DNA from: Spironucleus salmonicida
Lineage: Eukaryota
NCBI RefSeq assembly: GCF_000497125.1
Contig: NC_090598.1
Coordinates: 1,550,001-1,614,000, forward strand
Direction: 5' to 3'
DNA: 64,000 bases
Translations under genes and position numbers: made by a program
In this document: one piece after another, positions 39,898-53,943 of the stretch
How positions within the stretch are numbered: position 1 is the first letter of the stretch
How the letters are laid out: every line of letters starts with the position of its first letter
Notes under the pieces: generated by a model
Databases searched by the model: none
What the model saw: only the letters and a program-made list of their open reading frames with translations
What the model was told of the DNA's origin: nothing

Positions 39898-41715
39898 TCA
39901 CTTGAGCCCCATTCTATTAAAATATGGATCGAGTGAGCACTCACCTGCATAATTATAAATAGAGATTGCTGGGTCTTATGCATTTCCTACACTTAAAATA
40001 TTTTCAACAAATGTTTATAGGTCTTATTCTTATAAAAATGCATCAAATAAAAAACTTGAGAAGACATTTGACCATAAATAACTATAATATCCACATGTGT
40101 AATCATGACTATTGCCAAAAATATGATTAAAACTGCGTACAATAGATTTTTTTTATATTTAAGGAAAAATATTATACTTATTGGTTATATCCTTGATAAA
40201 TTCATCTAAATCTCCACCTTTAAAATTTTCATGTAATTCTAGGTCTAATTATCCTAATTCTATTTAACGCATTATAGATATTGAATTTCTAAATTTATTA
40301 CGTTTAATAATATTATTTAATTGTTAGCTTGTTAGTTTTTGTCCATCATCATCTTAAGATAATTACAATAGGAATTATTCGTTTTCTAAAAAATTTTCAA
40401 AAAATTAAGATGGAATCTCTACAAAATCCCATGGAATATCTAATGATGTTTACGATTTAAATATAGACTCACCGTACATACCATGTAGTGCATGACCCAG
40501 TTCATGTAAAATGGTATGAGCCTCATTATATTCAAAATATTTTGTTTAAGAAGGAAAGTTAGCTTAAATAGAAAATATCTTACTAGATATTTATTAAAAC
40601 CAACCTCCTTATTATTTTTTATCACGCTAATATAGATCAAAATATAACTATACATTCTTGACATCATTTATTTTTATATTATAGCCAAAGACATCGTCTG
40701 CCCAGGCAAGGTCAGTAATAAGATCGAAAATAATATTAAGTTTTGACTGCAAAAATAATATAATATTATTTATGAATTTCTTTTTAGGAAAAAATTTAAG
40801 AACTGATTTAATATCAAATATTTCTTTTTATATAAGTTTTTCAAAATAATATGTTAGATTCCAAGGCTGAAGATTATTATTTGAAATTAATTACAGGTCA
40901 AGGATGTCCTTATCAAACGATGGTTTAATTTTATCGTAAATATTATTATAAAAATTCGTTAATTATTATTTTGATGAAACCATTCTACCTTATAGCATAT
41001 AATCTATTGTTGAATCAAAACCATGTTATTAGGACATTTTTTGTTTTAGAACTATTTACTTTTTAATATTTTACTCATTGTCTAAATTTTTATTCTATAA
41101 AAATAACCAATATTATTTTCTTAAATTTTCATCTGAAGCATAAGTCATAACTTAAGTACTGACCGACAACGAAGCATTTAAAATGATAATGCTATTTTTT
41201 ATAAATTAACACTAATAAATTTCATCTAATCCATCTAGATTGAATTTACTTGCATCTAAAATAAGTTGGCGAATATGTAACTCTTAGACAATATTTTATG
41301 AAAATTAATTTTTTAATTATTAAAGTTATAATATATCAAAAGAGTTTAATTTTTATAATTATAGGCGCTAAATTTGCAAAAATCTGGATTCCTCAGTATT
41401 TTTTGATTTGTAATTCTTAATAAATTAACTATATTAAGTTAGTGTATCTTTTTCTAGTTGTAATAAAATAACTGAACTAAATGCAAAAAATTTTATATAT
41501 CCTAAAACTTAGTTAAGATGTAGAGAAAACAAAAATAGTGTTTTAACTTAAGCTAGTAACTCATCTAGATCAAAAATAGATTCAATTATTTAGATCGAAT
41601 TAAGTTTATTGACAAAATACTATTCAAACATGTTGAGTGATTAAATAAGATTGTCTTCATCTAATAATTTCCAATTAATATTATTATTGTAAACATTTTT
41701 AAGTAAATCATCCAT
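39898..41715 (-). CDS. M3A metallo-oligopeptidase (thimet oligopeptidase/oligopeptidase A family; 605 aa)
   Basis: LHELGHALH, WDFVEIPSQFFENF, FNHIFG...GYYSYLWS. Confidence 0.93.
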
Positions 41716-41756
41716 TTAAAATGGAGATGAATAATAAATAATATATAATAACATTA

Positions 41757-43685
41757 TCATTTAAAATCAACTACACAAACTAATGGGGCATGATCAGATA
41801 CACAAATACAGTTTGGTATGATTTCATTATATACTTCACAATAAGGTGTACACTTTTCTTTAATTAACATATCAGTCATGATGTAGTCTAAGCAATCTTT
41901 AAATCCTGGTACATTAACTGTAATAGGTTCTTTACCTTAGAGTTAACCTTCAATATTATTTTCAATATAATGAACAAAAGCACTAGACAACCCTTGGATC
42001 TATAATTCATTAATATAACTCTTAAAATATAATCTTTGAGCATAACTTCTATCATTTGATGCGTCTTTAATCATTTAATCAGTAATATTATCCGCCATCT
42101 CACATGATATAATTCTATCAAAAGATTTATAAATTGCTGAATTGGGAGTAATATTAAAATCTCCAGCTATTATCTTACCTTTACAACCGAACTAGTTATA
42201 AAGATCATCCGTGCGTTTACATGAAAGTTTTATCTATAAATATTTGACAACCTCAGTCATAAACTACCAATTTGGATAAATAGCACAACATGCTAAGCGT
42301 TTATCATTAATCTCAATAACTACAAAAGTTGCACTATTAAATGTTAAAAATGGTTATAGTTTTTCAAAATTTGGAGTAATAATACCAACTTCACGCGCAA
42401 TTGATATACTATAAGCAATTTTGGAAAATGGAAGATTTTCTTGATGAATCAATTTATGCTTTTTGAGTGTTAATATCGCCGTATATATAGAAACACCAGG
42501 TGATAATTTTGTAACTGTATCTATGGCACATTTAGTCAATGTATATAGTTAGTTTAGCTATTTATTATTTTTATATATTTCGTCTATTGGTCCAGCTTCG
42601 GAAAAACAACATATATCTGCATTTGAATTAATTATTAGATCTGCAATTTTAGGAAATTTGTACGCACGCCAAGAAGTAAACGGAAAGGATATATTTAAAG
42701 AGTTAGGAAATGTTAGTGTTGATTAATTTTATAAATTCCAAGACAAAATTTTTATTCCTTCTGAATTTGTTTCAGTTGAAATTTGAGGAGGATTTAACAT
42801 GTTCTCATACTCCTAGAACGTAACAAAATTGTTTAAATATGGAAAATAAGATGGTAAAAATGATTAGTTATCATGTAAATAAATACAAGGCAAAAATCCT
42901 AAATTTGTATTTGCCCAAGTTTTAACTTACTCAAGTTCATCAACATTACACTTAATACAGAAAAATGATGCGCACGCAATTTACAGTTCAACGTTAAATT
43001 ATTAATCAACTAACGGCAAAATTGCACACCATCCTTTAATATTAGCAATATTTGATTACTTGAGTTTTTGAACAGTATTTGAAATATCTGAAAATATATT
43101 ATTTTATCTCATAAATTAGAAATGAGAGCAAAGATCTGGATGAATAAAAATATGTTACTCGGTAAAATTATAAATTGCTGAAAATGGAAATTCATCTACT
43201 AGAAATTATACTATGTTTGTTTCAGTGGCTCTAATATTTAGGTTATTTCTATTAGCAAGTGCTAATGTATTTTTAATTAGCCCTATTTGGTCTTTAAGCA
43301 TAATAGTAAACTTATTCTTTTCTTTAAATTATGAACAATCAATTTTTTTAATAAATTGAGGAAAATTTTTGTATAATGGCCATGTATCATTCTTATAATC
43401 TGAAGATAAAATAATTCTTTCAATCTCTGAAAAATTAATTGATAACGCCATTTAATTGGCTATAATAAGATTAAAATTTCTATCAAATCTTAAATTCCTT
43501 ATTAAATACCCTGAAGATATAGAATACAATGGTTCTTTTAATATTTTCCCCAACATATTAGAATGATATTATTATAATGGTTAGACCTTAAAATTACCAT
43601 TCTCAAATAATTGATCAATTTCTTCTTTACCATAGAATTATAACCATTCATGTAAGGTTTTAAACAATGGTACCTGGTTGTACAT
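41757..43685 (-). CDS. CCR4/nocturnin-like EEP-family nuclease (642 aa)
   Basis: ILSWNL, NADICCFSE, IAGDFNITP, CLDYIM, SDHAPL. Confidence 0.8.
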
Positions 43686-43856
43686 TTGGTGAAAAGTAAT
43701 CTATATACATATTAATAGATAATAATTTAAAATATAATTTAAAATAAAACGAATATAGATAGTATAAAATTTTTAAATATATTTTTTAAATATTTATAAT
43801 CAAGTAGAATATATTTTATATAATATTCCATATTAATCATAAAATTCATACTTTGA

Positions 43857-45176
43857 ATGGATAACAATCATCATAGAATGCGTGCATTAGAAGTTTCGCA
43901 ACTCAATCCAATTTATCCTTAAATAACCTGTATGAATTGCTTAAAATTTATTACTGAAAAGTATAGGTGTTCTTAATGCTAAAAAGTTTATTATTGTTCT
44001 CAATAGTGTTAGGAATTAAATTGGAAAACTCATTTAAAAAGCTGTAATTTACTAATAGATATTGTAGATTAGTATTTTATGGTTCAGGTTCCTGCACCAA
44101 TTCCGGTTTTTGTATTAACTAATAGTATTACTAAATTTTAGTTGCCAAGGTTTTCTTTTTCGTGTTAGAATGCATAGCTATAGTTTTCAAATTCGCCAGA
44201 TTCTTTTTGTAAACTAGAAGGATAATTAATTCGAGTAGCTAAGTATAAATCTACATCTGAAAATGATAATGTTTATTTACTTCCTGAACAATATGGAATA
44301 TATGAAAGTTTTAAGTCAACCTATTGTGGAATATGTTTTGTATGTGATTGTAAAGGACCTACTAAGAATGGCTCATGTTGTAAGTGTAATACAGTATAAA
44401 GTATGGATGAAATTATTATTAAAGAGGCCGAAACGTTATAATAAAATGCACTTATACATCTATTATTTATTAAAAATAATAGACCATTGATGAAGAAATT
44501 TAATTTTGATAATGTTGAATAACTTATAAATGAGTAATTTTTGAAAAGGGCAGAGGTATTATTAAAAAAAAATATTCTGCATCATTTATGCCTACCAGTA
44601 CTACATATAAATATGAGAATCCTGTAAATTCTATCATATATAACAACATCTTCATTTGTAACTTTTAATAAAAGTATTAATATTTCTATCTTTTCCTTAT
44701 GTTATAGTGCATTTAAATCGGCACTGCATCATTTTGGTGTTTCTGATACAACTTTTCAAACGTTGCTTCTTTGTACAAAGCTTCTTAATGCATATACATT
44801 ATCTGAATTAGAATCAATTGGCCCACCTCCATTGTAATAAAACTATGATCCAGAAACGCATGAGCCGTAAATGAGTATATCAGATGAAAGGTTTTATGAA
44901 ATTTAATCAGCTGCAGGGCCATTACTTGATACACACTAATAGGCATTAGTGTTTGGGAATGAATTATATGCAATGGCTAAAACGCTTTAGGATGAGAAAA
45001 TCATATTAGAGGTCGAGAATTTAATAGGGTAAATTGATTGTAGAATTGAAAATTTAGAGAGCTGGCTTGAAGGTGATAGTTATGAAAATACAGATGATAA
45101 TTTAGTGGTATATGGTGAATAATTTAATGAAAAATAGTCGAATTTACATAAATAAGAGGTTGATATTTTTAAGTGA
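43857..45176 (+). CDS. MYND zinc-finger protein, SMYD-like layout (about 439 aa)
   Basis: CMNC...CSQC...YYCSQQCQ...WKTH...C; second Cys cluster downstream; AAG-TGA stop; alternative start 43878. Confidence 0.8.
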
Positions 45177-45184
45177 TAATAATT

Positions 45185-45790
45185 TCATCTTAATCTAATT
45201 TTACCACCACAACATTTCATAGTTTACCCTTCGTTGTGAGATAAGTAGATCCATAAATTAAAGTCAACAACGCCATGAGGACTTTTATTTTTATCTGCTA
45301 ATTCTTTTATCTTTAGCTATACAAATTCATTATCACTTTATTAAAATAATTTTTCAATAATTTTGACAAGGTGTAAATCTGGTTTTACACTACTACAAAG
45401 ACCAATATTTCTAGCTAAATGAAAACATGTTACGCTGCCTATAAATGGTAAACTTTATAAGTCAGATGGGACCTTCCAATTTTTGGAAACAGATTAATAG
45501 TTTGTAGATAAATTAGAATAACAACTACAAATAGCTTTTATCTTTTATTTATTTTTAAATATTGCTATAGATTTTTCAAAATTTCCCTTTTAGGCAGCTA
45601 ATAATGGTGCTAATTTTCCAGCAGTAGAACCTCTGAAGCCAGATGCTACAACACAGTAACAATACTCTTCAAAAAAGTCATCGAAGGAAGTTACTAATGT
45701 CAACCTATTATTCAACCATTTTAAATCATCTGGATGATTGGCATTAGTAAAAGTTATAGATGATTCATATATTTATTAAAGTTTTAACAT
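45185..45790 (-). CDS. HhH-GPD superfamily DNA glycosylase-like protein (201 aa)
   Basis: FFEEYCYCVVASGF, HhH motif LQSLPFIGSVT, HLARNIG...KPDLHL, VVDFNLW. Confidence 0.65.
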
Positions 45791-45839
45791 TTTAATTTCA
45801 TTATATTTATTATAAATTATATAATCAATCTTCAAATTA

Positions 45840-47027
45840 ATGGCAGATTTCGAGGAAATTTTATCATTGATTGGCACGAATCATAGGCGTGCTGTACCAG
45901 ATGCTTAAATTTCTATACCATACGCATCAGTTTCTAAATAATCTTAGATGTTATCAATATAGAAGGATAATATACCGCATTAAAGTAGTGCGTTATAAAG
46001 AATTTAATAAATGTAATAAAAGCTTACAAAATCTAATGGAATACGATCTCCTTAAGTAAAATCTCAATATGATTAAGTTTAGCCAGCGTAATTAATACAG
46101 CCAGATTTATTTTCTAAAATTTAACCATAAAAAAGTAATGATATTATAAGTAATGGAACGGGCGCATTAGATGAAGATTTAACCTTTAAATTTGACATAT
46201 AGCAAAAAGAGATTAAATTAGATAAGTAAACTATTGAATCATTAGAGAAATAAATTATTAGTTTACGGTAAGATTAGTAGATTAATAAAGACAGAATATC
46301 ACATTTAGAGCATGAAAATATGATACAAAGAAAAGAAAATGAGTTAATTTAAAAATAATATGATGCATTAGTGGAAAAGTTTTCATCTATAACTAATAGG
46401 TAGAATAATAATTTCGTATCATAAAAGGAATTATTTTCTAAACCTAATGCAGGTAGTAGTCCATCCAGTCCATAGAATAATTATAGAGTAAAAGATTCTC
46501 CAGATTTTGGAAAATCTCCTAGTATGTATCGTCATGAATCTCCTTAATAAACATAAAAAGATTATCTTTCATCAAAACCATAAGAGGTGCTTTCTATTAA
46601 TAATGTTTAAGCTAACTGCTTAAAAATAATTATACCAGAGGGAACATCATAACGTGAATCTGCAGCGAAAAGAATTTTCAGTGTATCATTAGAGTAAAAC
46701 TAAAAACTAATTATTTGGTCTAGATTTTAAAATGATTAGTTGTCACCTTCTGGATCTATTTCACTAAGCTCTATTATATAATGCTTATTTGGCGATGAGG
46801 CTGCCTTATTTAGAAGCAAAGTGTTGGCTGCTAGAAGAGCAGGTTACGTTAACACAATTTTTGAGTTAATTGAATCAGGAATTTTGGATAGTATTACACC
46901 AAAATAGATAGTTACATCAAAATTAAGTATAGTATTATTTACTAGAACAAAAGTTGTAGTATTTGAATTTGATAAAATCCAAGATTTTGATTAGATTTGT
47001 GATTTTGCAACGAATGAAGGATTGTGA
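45840..47027 (+). CDS. Coiled-coil protein with PH-like C-terminal domain (395 aa)
   Basis: Code-6 ORF; central heptads; C-terminal LIIW...SISLSSIIQCLFG...IVLFTRTK resembles a PH fold. Confidence 0.6.
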
Positions 47028-47042
47028 ACAATTTGTTTTATA

Positions 47043-48347
47043 TCACTCTTAAAGTAACTTATATATATCCTATCCTATGTTATTTCTAGCAGGTCGCAAT
47101 GCAATTTCACGAAGTTCGCACTCATTTTAATTGTAAAGAAAAACTACTGCTTTTTCTCCACCATTTACAACTTCTATTTTATCATAAATATAATCCAGAT
47201 TTGATTTAAAATAAGGTCTATTTACTGTAATTCCACTAAAAAGCTCAAAACATAAAATTTCACGTTAAGTTAACATAATAACATTATTATCTATATAATC
47301 AAAACTAATAACACCTTAACTTTCATAAGCACAGATAAACTACCCTCCACAGTATAATTTAACTTGATTTTATCCATCTAGAGCTAATACTCCTGAATTT
47401 AGAATTGCTTACATAAATTATGGACTGTTTTCATATAATTTTACGGATTTAACTTGAAGAGCTGGAGGTTTAATATTAAATTAACTGCTGATTATCATTC
47501 CTGCTGCATTGTTATCACTAAGCTCTTCTATACGCTGAATCTCAATATTTCTTTGCTAATTAAATTAAAATGTTATTACTGTCCCATCAAATCCACTAAT
47601 GGCTGCATAAATATAATTTTTACGTATAATGTTTAATGAAAATGATGATGTAAAAATACCTTCTTCAAAGTCTCTTTTAATGGATTTATCACGTATAATT
47701 ACACCAGAAATTAATTTATTATCTTTAATAACTAATATTCTACCTAAATTATCACACGAGATTGTTAAATCATTAAAATGATATATTTATATTATTTTAG
47801 AAACATGCAATGAGGGAAGAAGCTTACTATTTTATAATAAGGCACCAGATATTGTTCCTATAGTTTATTAAGTAATGAAAGAAATATTTTTAAGTGTAAT
47901 TTAATTTTATATAAATTACAAATTACGGGATTAAGGATAGAATGGATATATTTCTGTATATAATAAATCTTCATAAATTTTGAGTTTTCCTTGATAATAA
48001 GAAAAAGTTCTATTATTTGAAGATAATTAACCAAGAACCAACCGAAGAGATATATAATGATGCTATAGTATTTAGTCTTTTTACTAAAAAATTATTTTGA
48101 GTGGTTTTTCTTGGAGCAAAATGAAGACTTTATCAAGTGAATTTTATAAATGTGATAAGTCGGCATTTTAAATTTTAGGGTAAGGATCATAAAATTCATT
48201 AGCTTAAGTCTGCTAAGTTTTTCTCCTAATAGTTTAAATTGAAACAGATTGAGAGGATAATTATTCAGTTTAGCTATCTTTGACATAGTTTTACGTAAAT
48301 ATTTTATCGACTATAGAAACATAAGTAATATTACTATCACCAAACAT
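47043..48347 (-). CDS. WD40 protein, possibly dynein-2 intermediate chain (WDR34-like; 434 aa)
   Basis: N-terminal SQT/IQT/TQQT motifs typical of LC8-binding intermediate chains, then beta-rich repeats; GAG-TGA stop. Confidence 0.45.
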
Positions 48348-48390
48348 TCAAAAAGATATTTTATAATATAAATAATAAGATATAATAATA

Positions 48391-50607
48391 TCATTTAGTT
48401 TTTTTCTTTCCAGTTAAATTAATCCAAATACCAGAATATTGATCTAACCAATTTATCAATTCTTTTTTACTTCTCCCCGAGCAAGAATTTTATTCATAAA
48501 TATCAATTAGATCTAAATATTACTACCCTGATAATTTTAATCCTATACTTTCATCTCCAGACTAAATTCCAAATGCGAAAGATCCGTCGATGATTTATAG
48601 AATTGATTAGATATAATTCACATATTCTGCTTCACATAATACTTATTCTGAATTTATTACTCTATATTTGTTTAAAATTGCTTAGCATTATTTATTTAAT
48701 CCTATAATTGAGTATGGTAATTTCAAAAATCCAAATTATTTTAATTTACATTTGTTTGGGCAAATCTATGATAATAAAGCAGGAATACCAATCTCAAATA
48801 ATTAAGCAGATTTTGCCCCACTCCAGTCACCTTAGGAATACATTTTATATATTTGACAATCTGCCAATGAAAAAATATCTGCAAAAAACTAAGTTTGTTT
48901 TGTTTAGTAATTATTCAGTTCTTGATAATTGGCCAAAGATGAGCAATGAATCATTTATGGATCTATAAAATAGTGATCACAAAGTTATGAAAGATTTGTT
49001 GTTAATTTATTTTCAGTATAAGAGTATGCTTTTTAGAGAATTTCTTAGCTATTCAATTATTTCACAATTTTTGTACATTTTTGACCGTAAAATTGAAGAT
49101 TTAGTATCAACTATCTAATATCACCATCAAATGCGCTTATTAAATATTTTTTAGCTTCATTTTTGACTTAATATGTATCACAAAATTCCGTAATCTATTA
49201 AGTAGTAGGTTTTTATAACTTAATTTCATTACAATACTTTTTAAGTATCCTAAGCTTTTAATTTGAGCTATCTGATGTAGCTAAAATAATTGGAAAAGAA
49301 ATTTTATTATTTTTTGCTAAATACGATGTAAGAGATTAAATTTACTTTGAGTCTAGAAATTCTATTTCTTTAATATAAAGAATTCGCTTCGTGTAAGTAT
49401 TAAATAATATAGAATTAAATTATTATACTGTTTAAACAAGGGGGAGGTTATCTTTATACATTACTATTGAATAGTTTAATAACTGTGATAAAAATGAAGC
49501 AATAGTAAATTTTCCACTTCCAGTACATCCAGAAAGAATAATAGGTTTAGATGGAAATTTAAGTTCATTTTAAAGAGTAGCTATAGGTACCTTAGAATGA
49601 AATATATCTGCAAGTGAGGATGCTTCATACATCTCAGTAACATTATACTTAATTGGAGATTCATTTCTAATAAATATATTTTAACTTAAGTTTTAACAAC
49701 ATAGATTTTATATTTATGGAGCAGATTTTGTGATTTTTTATTAAACTTACAGAGTTGATTTTAATACCTGATCTGTATGATTAACAGTTAAGACTTAATG
49801 ATTATCTATTTCAGGATTTTATTCTTTCAAAGACTGAACAATTTCTAAAATACTTATAGGTTATAATGATTCATTAAAAGAAACCCAATTCAGGTTATTT
49901 ATATATTCTGAAATTTCAGTTTCTTTAATTATCTTTTTAACTGAATTACCTTAAATAAGTGAATTAATTGATTTGGTAACAATCCAGTTGAAAAATCCAT
50001 CAATTGTAAGTCTCTTTGCAAATTTTGATTAGGCGATATTTAAGTGATTTTAGTTATATGAATTGCCCATAATAAACACATTAAAACTTGTAGTAGCACT
50101 ACTTACTAATTTTCCACCAAGAATTTGAATATATTTTTTGAATTCTTCATCCGTGAAGTAAGGATTTTGTCCAGATAGAAAAATCACATGTTGATCTAAG
50201 CACGACGAAAACCCTCTTGGCCTTAGTAATGAATGATTCGCTATCTGCTTTTTCTTCTTCTGTTAGATTTAATTATTATCTAACTTGCTGAACTCATCAT
50301 TAAATGGATCAATAGAGTTTTCATCAATAGTTTCTTTAGTATTAAATATGTCAATTCCTAATTCTAAGTCATTTGTATCATATTTTGAATTTAAACTTTT
50401 TCCTATTAATATTTCATTGATTTTAACATTGCCATCAGAGATTTATTACGATTTCATCTTTGTTTTCAATAGTTACTATTCGATTATAGATACTGATCTT
50501 TTATTTAATATATCATCTTCAATATCTAGATAATTAAGTTCTTATATTTCAAGGTTATTAAAATCAAGAACATCTTCATCAAAAGCAGTGAATTTAATTT
50601 ACTTCAT
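48391..50607 (-). CDS. RFC1: Replication factor C large subunit (738 aa)
   Basis: Acidic N-terminus, BRCT (CLDQHVIFLSG...IIQILGGKLVSS), AAA+ domain with ILSGCTGSGKFT, RFC1-like C-terminal region. Confidence 0.8.
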
Positions 50608-50703
50608 ATATTAATATTAGCAAGTTATTTTTAATATAATATTAAGAGTGATTTGATAGTTAATTAAAATAAATATCGAATTATATTTATAAATATGTTA
50701 AGG

Positions 50704-50770
50704 TAATTCTTGGCGTAAAGGTTAGACTATTTATTTTTATTTAAAGATAAGGGTTCGATTCCAGAAGTTG
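50704..50770 (+). promoter_or_regulatory. Pol III A-box/B-box element (degenerate tRNA-like)
   Basis: A box TGGCGTAAAGG (50711) and consensus B box GGTTCGATTCC (50752) at tRNA-like spacing in an AT-rich spacer; stems do not pair properly. Confidence 0.5.
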
Positions 50771-51262
50771 GTAATATTTATTATAATATTTTGGCTAGCT
50801 ATATATCTATATAATTATAGTTTAAGTACATAATTTCAATAGTAAAGTTTTAAGTGGATTATAATTTATTCTTACATTAATAGTAGTTATCAGTTGAATT
50901 AATTTATACACATAGAACATATGTATATTAATAATTATAATTAATTTTTATTAATTACTTATTAATATTAGTGAGATTGGTTATCATAATTTTATTTAAA
51001 ATACTGAATTAGGTTCGCTGTTTAATCAGATATAATATATTTCTTTTTTAAAAATATAATTTTATTATATTTAAGTATAAATAGTAATTTTGCTACTAAT
51101 CTTTAAGAAATATTAAGATAGAAACTATATAGTGTCAAATTTAATTAAATAAATAATTATAAAATTTATGTCAATTATTAGGTTAAATATAATTTATATA
51201 AAGTGTCAAAATTAAATTCAGAATTATATTAATAATATTAATATTAATTAAATAAAATAAAA

Positions 51263-52582
51263 ATGATATTTCTTCACACAGAGTTTGATAAACATAACTT
51301 CTTTAATAAACGTTTTAAAATATTTAAGATTATAAAAACTGGATCCTAAACAAAGAAAATTTTCATGATTTATGATCATGATGAGGTTAGATTTTTAGCA
51401 TTGTATGTTTTTGCTGCTAATTTATAAAATTTTGAGAGACTTTTATTTGAATACGATGTCTAGTTAATCACAAATAGATATATTAGGCATATTTTCTTTT
51501 GTTCTTCTGTAAATTTCATATTTGAAGATTTTAATGAGTTTGCATTTGCGAGCGACTGGTGTAATGGAAAAGATTTATTTATTTAATCGGAAAAGTATAT
51601 TCTTTAATAATATTTTTAACATATCTTCTAATTAGTGTAACAAATACACCTATTGCATTAATAAAATATATATCATTTAGATATAAAAGAAGAAAATATT
51701 TTATTCCTAAACAATAGTCCTATTTTAACAGATTTTGGTTCAGCAAAAAGTAAAATAACATTAGCATTATCAAGATAACCTAGTTCAGAATGCTTATCAG
51801 AAGATGATAATAATTTGCAACATATTGATAGTTGTTCAAAGTTTGAGATTTCATCTACAGATGCATATAGACCACCGGAACCAATAGTTATTTTAGAGTT
51901 ACATGATTCATATTAATTAGGTCAGGTACTTTATCATAGCTTAACAGGTGAATATTATACTAATCTAAAGAAATAAATATTAAATAAATAATTTAATGAA
52001 TTTTTTAGTGACAATATCACAGATTTAGTTTTTGGACTCTTAGATAATAAACCACATAGATATTACATCTATGAAATAATTGATCATCCATGTTTTTCAA
52101 AAAAATATACATTGGATTAGTTCAAGTAACAGCTAGAAGAGAAAAGATAATCTAAATATCTTAATGATAATTTATTTAATATTTAAAATAAATTCTTGAT
52201 TTCAAAAATTCCCAATTTTTCTAAGCCTAAAATTTTAGTTAACAATAGTAAAGAAAATTAAAGTTAAGAAATTTCAATATAAGATTAAAGATTTATATAA
52301 TTTGAAAATTATACACTATCATAATTTAGAATAGGATATTAACGAGCGACTATTAAGAGAACCTAATCGTTAGAGACCTCTGATTCAGAAGGTTATAGCG
52401 ATGATCTTACAAATAATAGTTCGTATTCAATTTTTATGGGGTCTGCAACTACAATAAAAAGATAAACAATAAATATAGATCTGTCTTTAAGTAATTCTGC
52501 AGAATTCGATGAAATTCATTCTGTGAATAATGATTTAGACGGGTTATTTTTTTAAGAAAATCCTAACATAGAGTATGAGTGA
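51263..52582 (+). CDS. Ser/Thr protein kinase-like protein (439 aa), possibly a pseudokinase
   Basis: IYHLDIKEENIL, TDFGSA, YRPPE; LALY in place of VAIK; GAG-TGA stop. Confidence 0.85.
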
Positions 52583-52620
52583 TTATTTATATTATATAAT
52601 ATAAGACTTATTTTTTTAGA

Positions 52621-53136
52621 ATGCCAGAATTAAATTTTTAATCACATAGAAAAATAATCACTCAATCTTTTATTAAATAGTTAAACAAGGCTAAAATAGA
52701 ATTAAAATAACCACTTTCGACATTAAGTTCAGCAGAAAGATAGATATTTTATAAATATTTTACATAATAATTCAAATAGGCAGCATTTAATGCATTTGAT
52801 GCTACTGAACATTTTACAAAGAAAAATGTATTTTATGCAGATTAAGATTTATAGACTAATGAAAGTATTTCTCATAATGATCCTTACTTTTAAGAAAAAA
52901 TCGAATAAAAATTTATTATATTTTTCGAAAAATAAACATAGATATAATAATAGTTAGAACGTATTTCATAAAAAAGAAGAGAAATTTAAATTTTGATTGA
53001 TATTAAAAATGAATTTGCTGAGAAGAGTAAGTTAAATTATTAAGCAATTCCTAAAGACGAAACTAAGTAAGTAATAACCTAAATGAAACTCTTGTAAAAT
53101 AAAATAAATGAAATTTAGAATTTATTTGATAAGTGA
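52621..53136 (+). CDS. Hypothetical coiled-coil protein (171 aa)
   Basis: Code-6 ORF; AAG-TGA stop. Confidence 0.7.
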
Positions 53137-53145
53137 TTTTATTAA

Positions 53146-53790
53146 TCATTCTAATTTGATCGCACCCTCGCAACATTTTTTAAGAAGAAGCAAAAAATCA
53201 TTAGATTAATTGAGTCCAAGGTTATATATTTTAGCTGGGATATTTCCATTAGGGTCAATCCAAAAATACTAACTAACAGTAGTTTAATCTCCTTATTTAA
53301 CAAATTTGATAATAATTCCTTTACAGTTTCCTGTCACTGCATTTTTTTGAGCATCGCAGAAATCATTATCAATAGATTTCATTGAGAATAATATTTAGTC
53401 GCCATGATTTTAAAGATCTACTTATAGAAATAATTATCTATGTGCTACTATTAAAGGCACAGGTGATTTTGCAACCTGATGTAGCTTGTATGTAACTGAT
53501 TACTAATTACTAAACAGGTTCTAATCAGAATCAATGCTAAAATATTTTTTAGCAAATATAAATTGTTATTGCAAGACTTTGTGAGATTAACTATTGACAT
53601 TTTGGAAATAGGTAGAATAAATTTACGCAACAGATTCTAACTCTCTATTAATAGTAATCTTTCCATATATCACATTATTTGGATCTGAGTTTAATTAAAA
53701 CTAGCAAGTTTCAACATGTGTTTCATATATTGACAGGTTTGGCAAATCTTTTGACATAAACATCTCTTAGACTTGCATCATACAAGTCAT
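53146..53790 (-). CDS. START-domain lipid-binding protein (214 aa)
   Basis: KSPVPLIVAHRQLF and WIDPNGNIPAKIYN match START motifs. Confidence 0.75.
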
Positions 53791-53943
53791 TTTGACCTTA
53801 ATATTATCATTAATATTTATGTATATATATAAATATTACGTTTTTTTCATTAATAATTCTATAGTATATTATTTTATAATAGTGACTAGATTAAATTATT
53901 AAAATAATGAACATATTTATATAGTATTATAAAAATTTACAAA

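Noticed and set aside
50704-50770. Functional tRNA gene
   Set aside because: Anticodon and T stems cannot pair and the acceptor stem is imperfect; kept only as an A/B-box element
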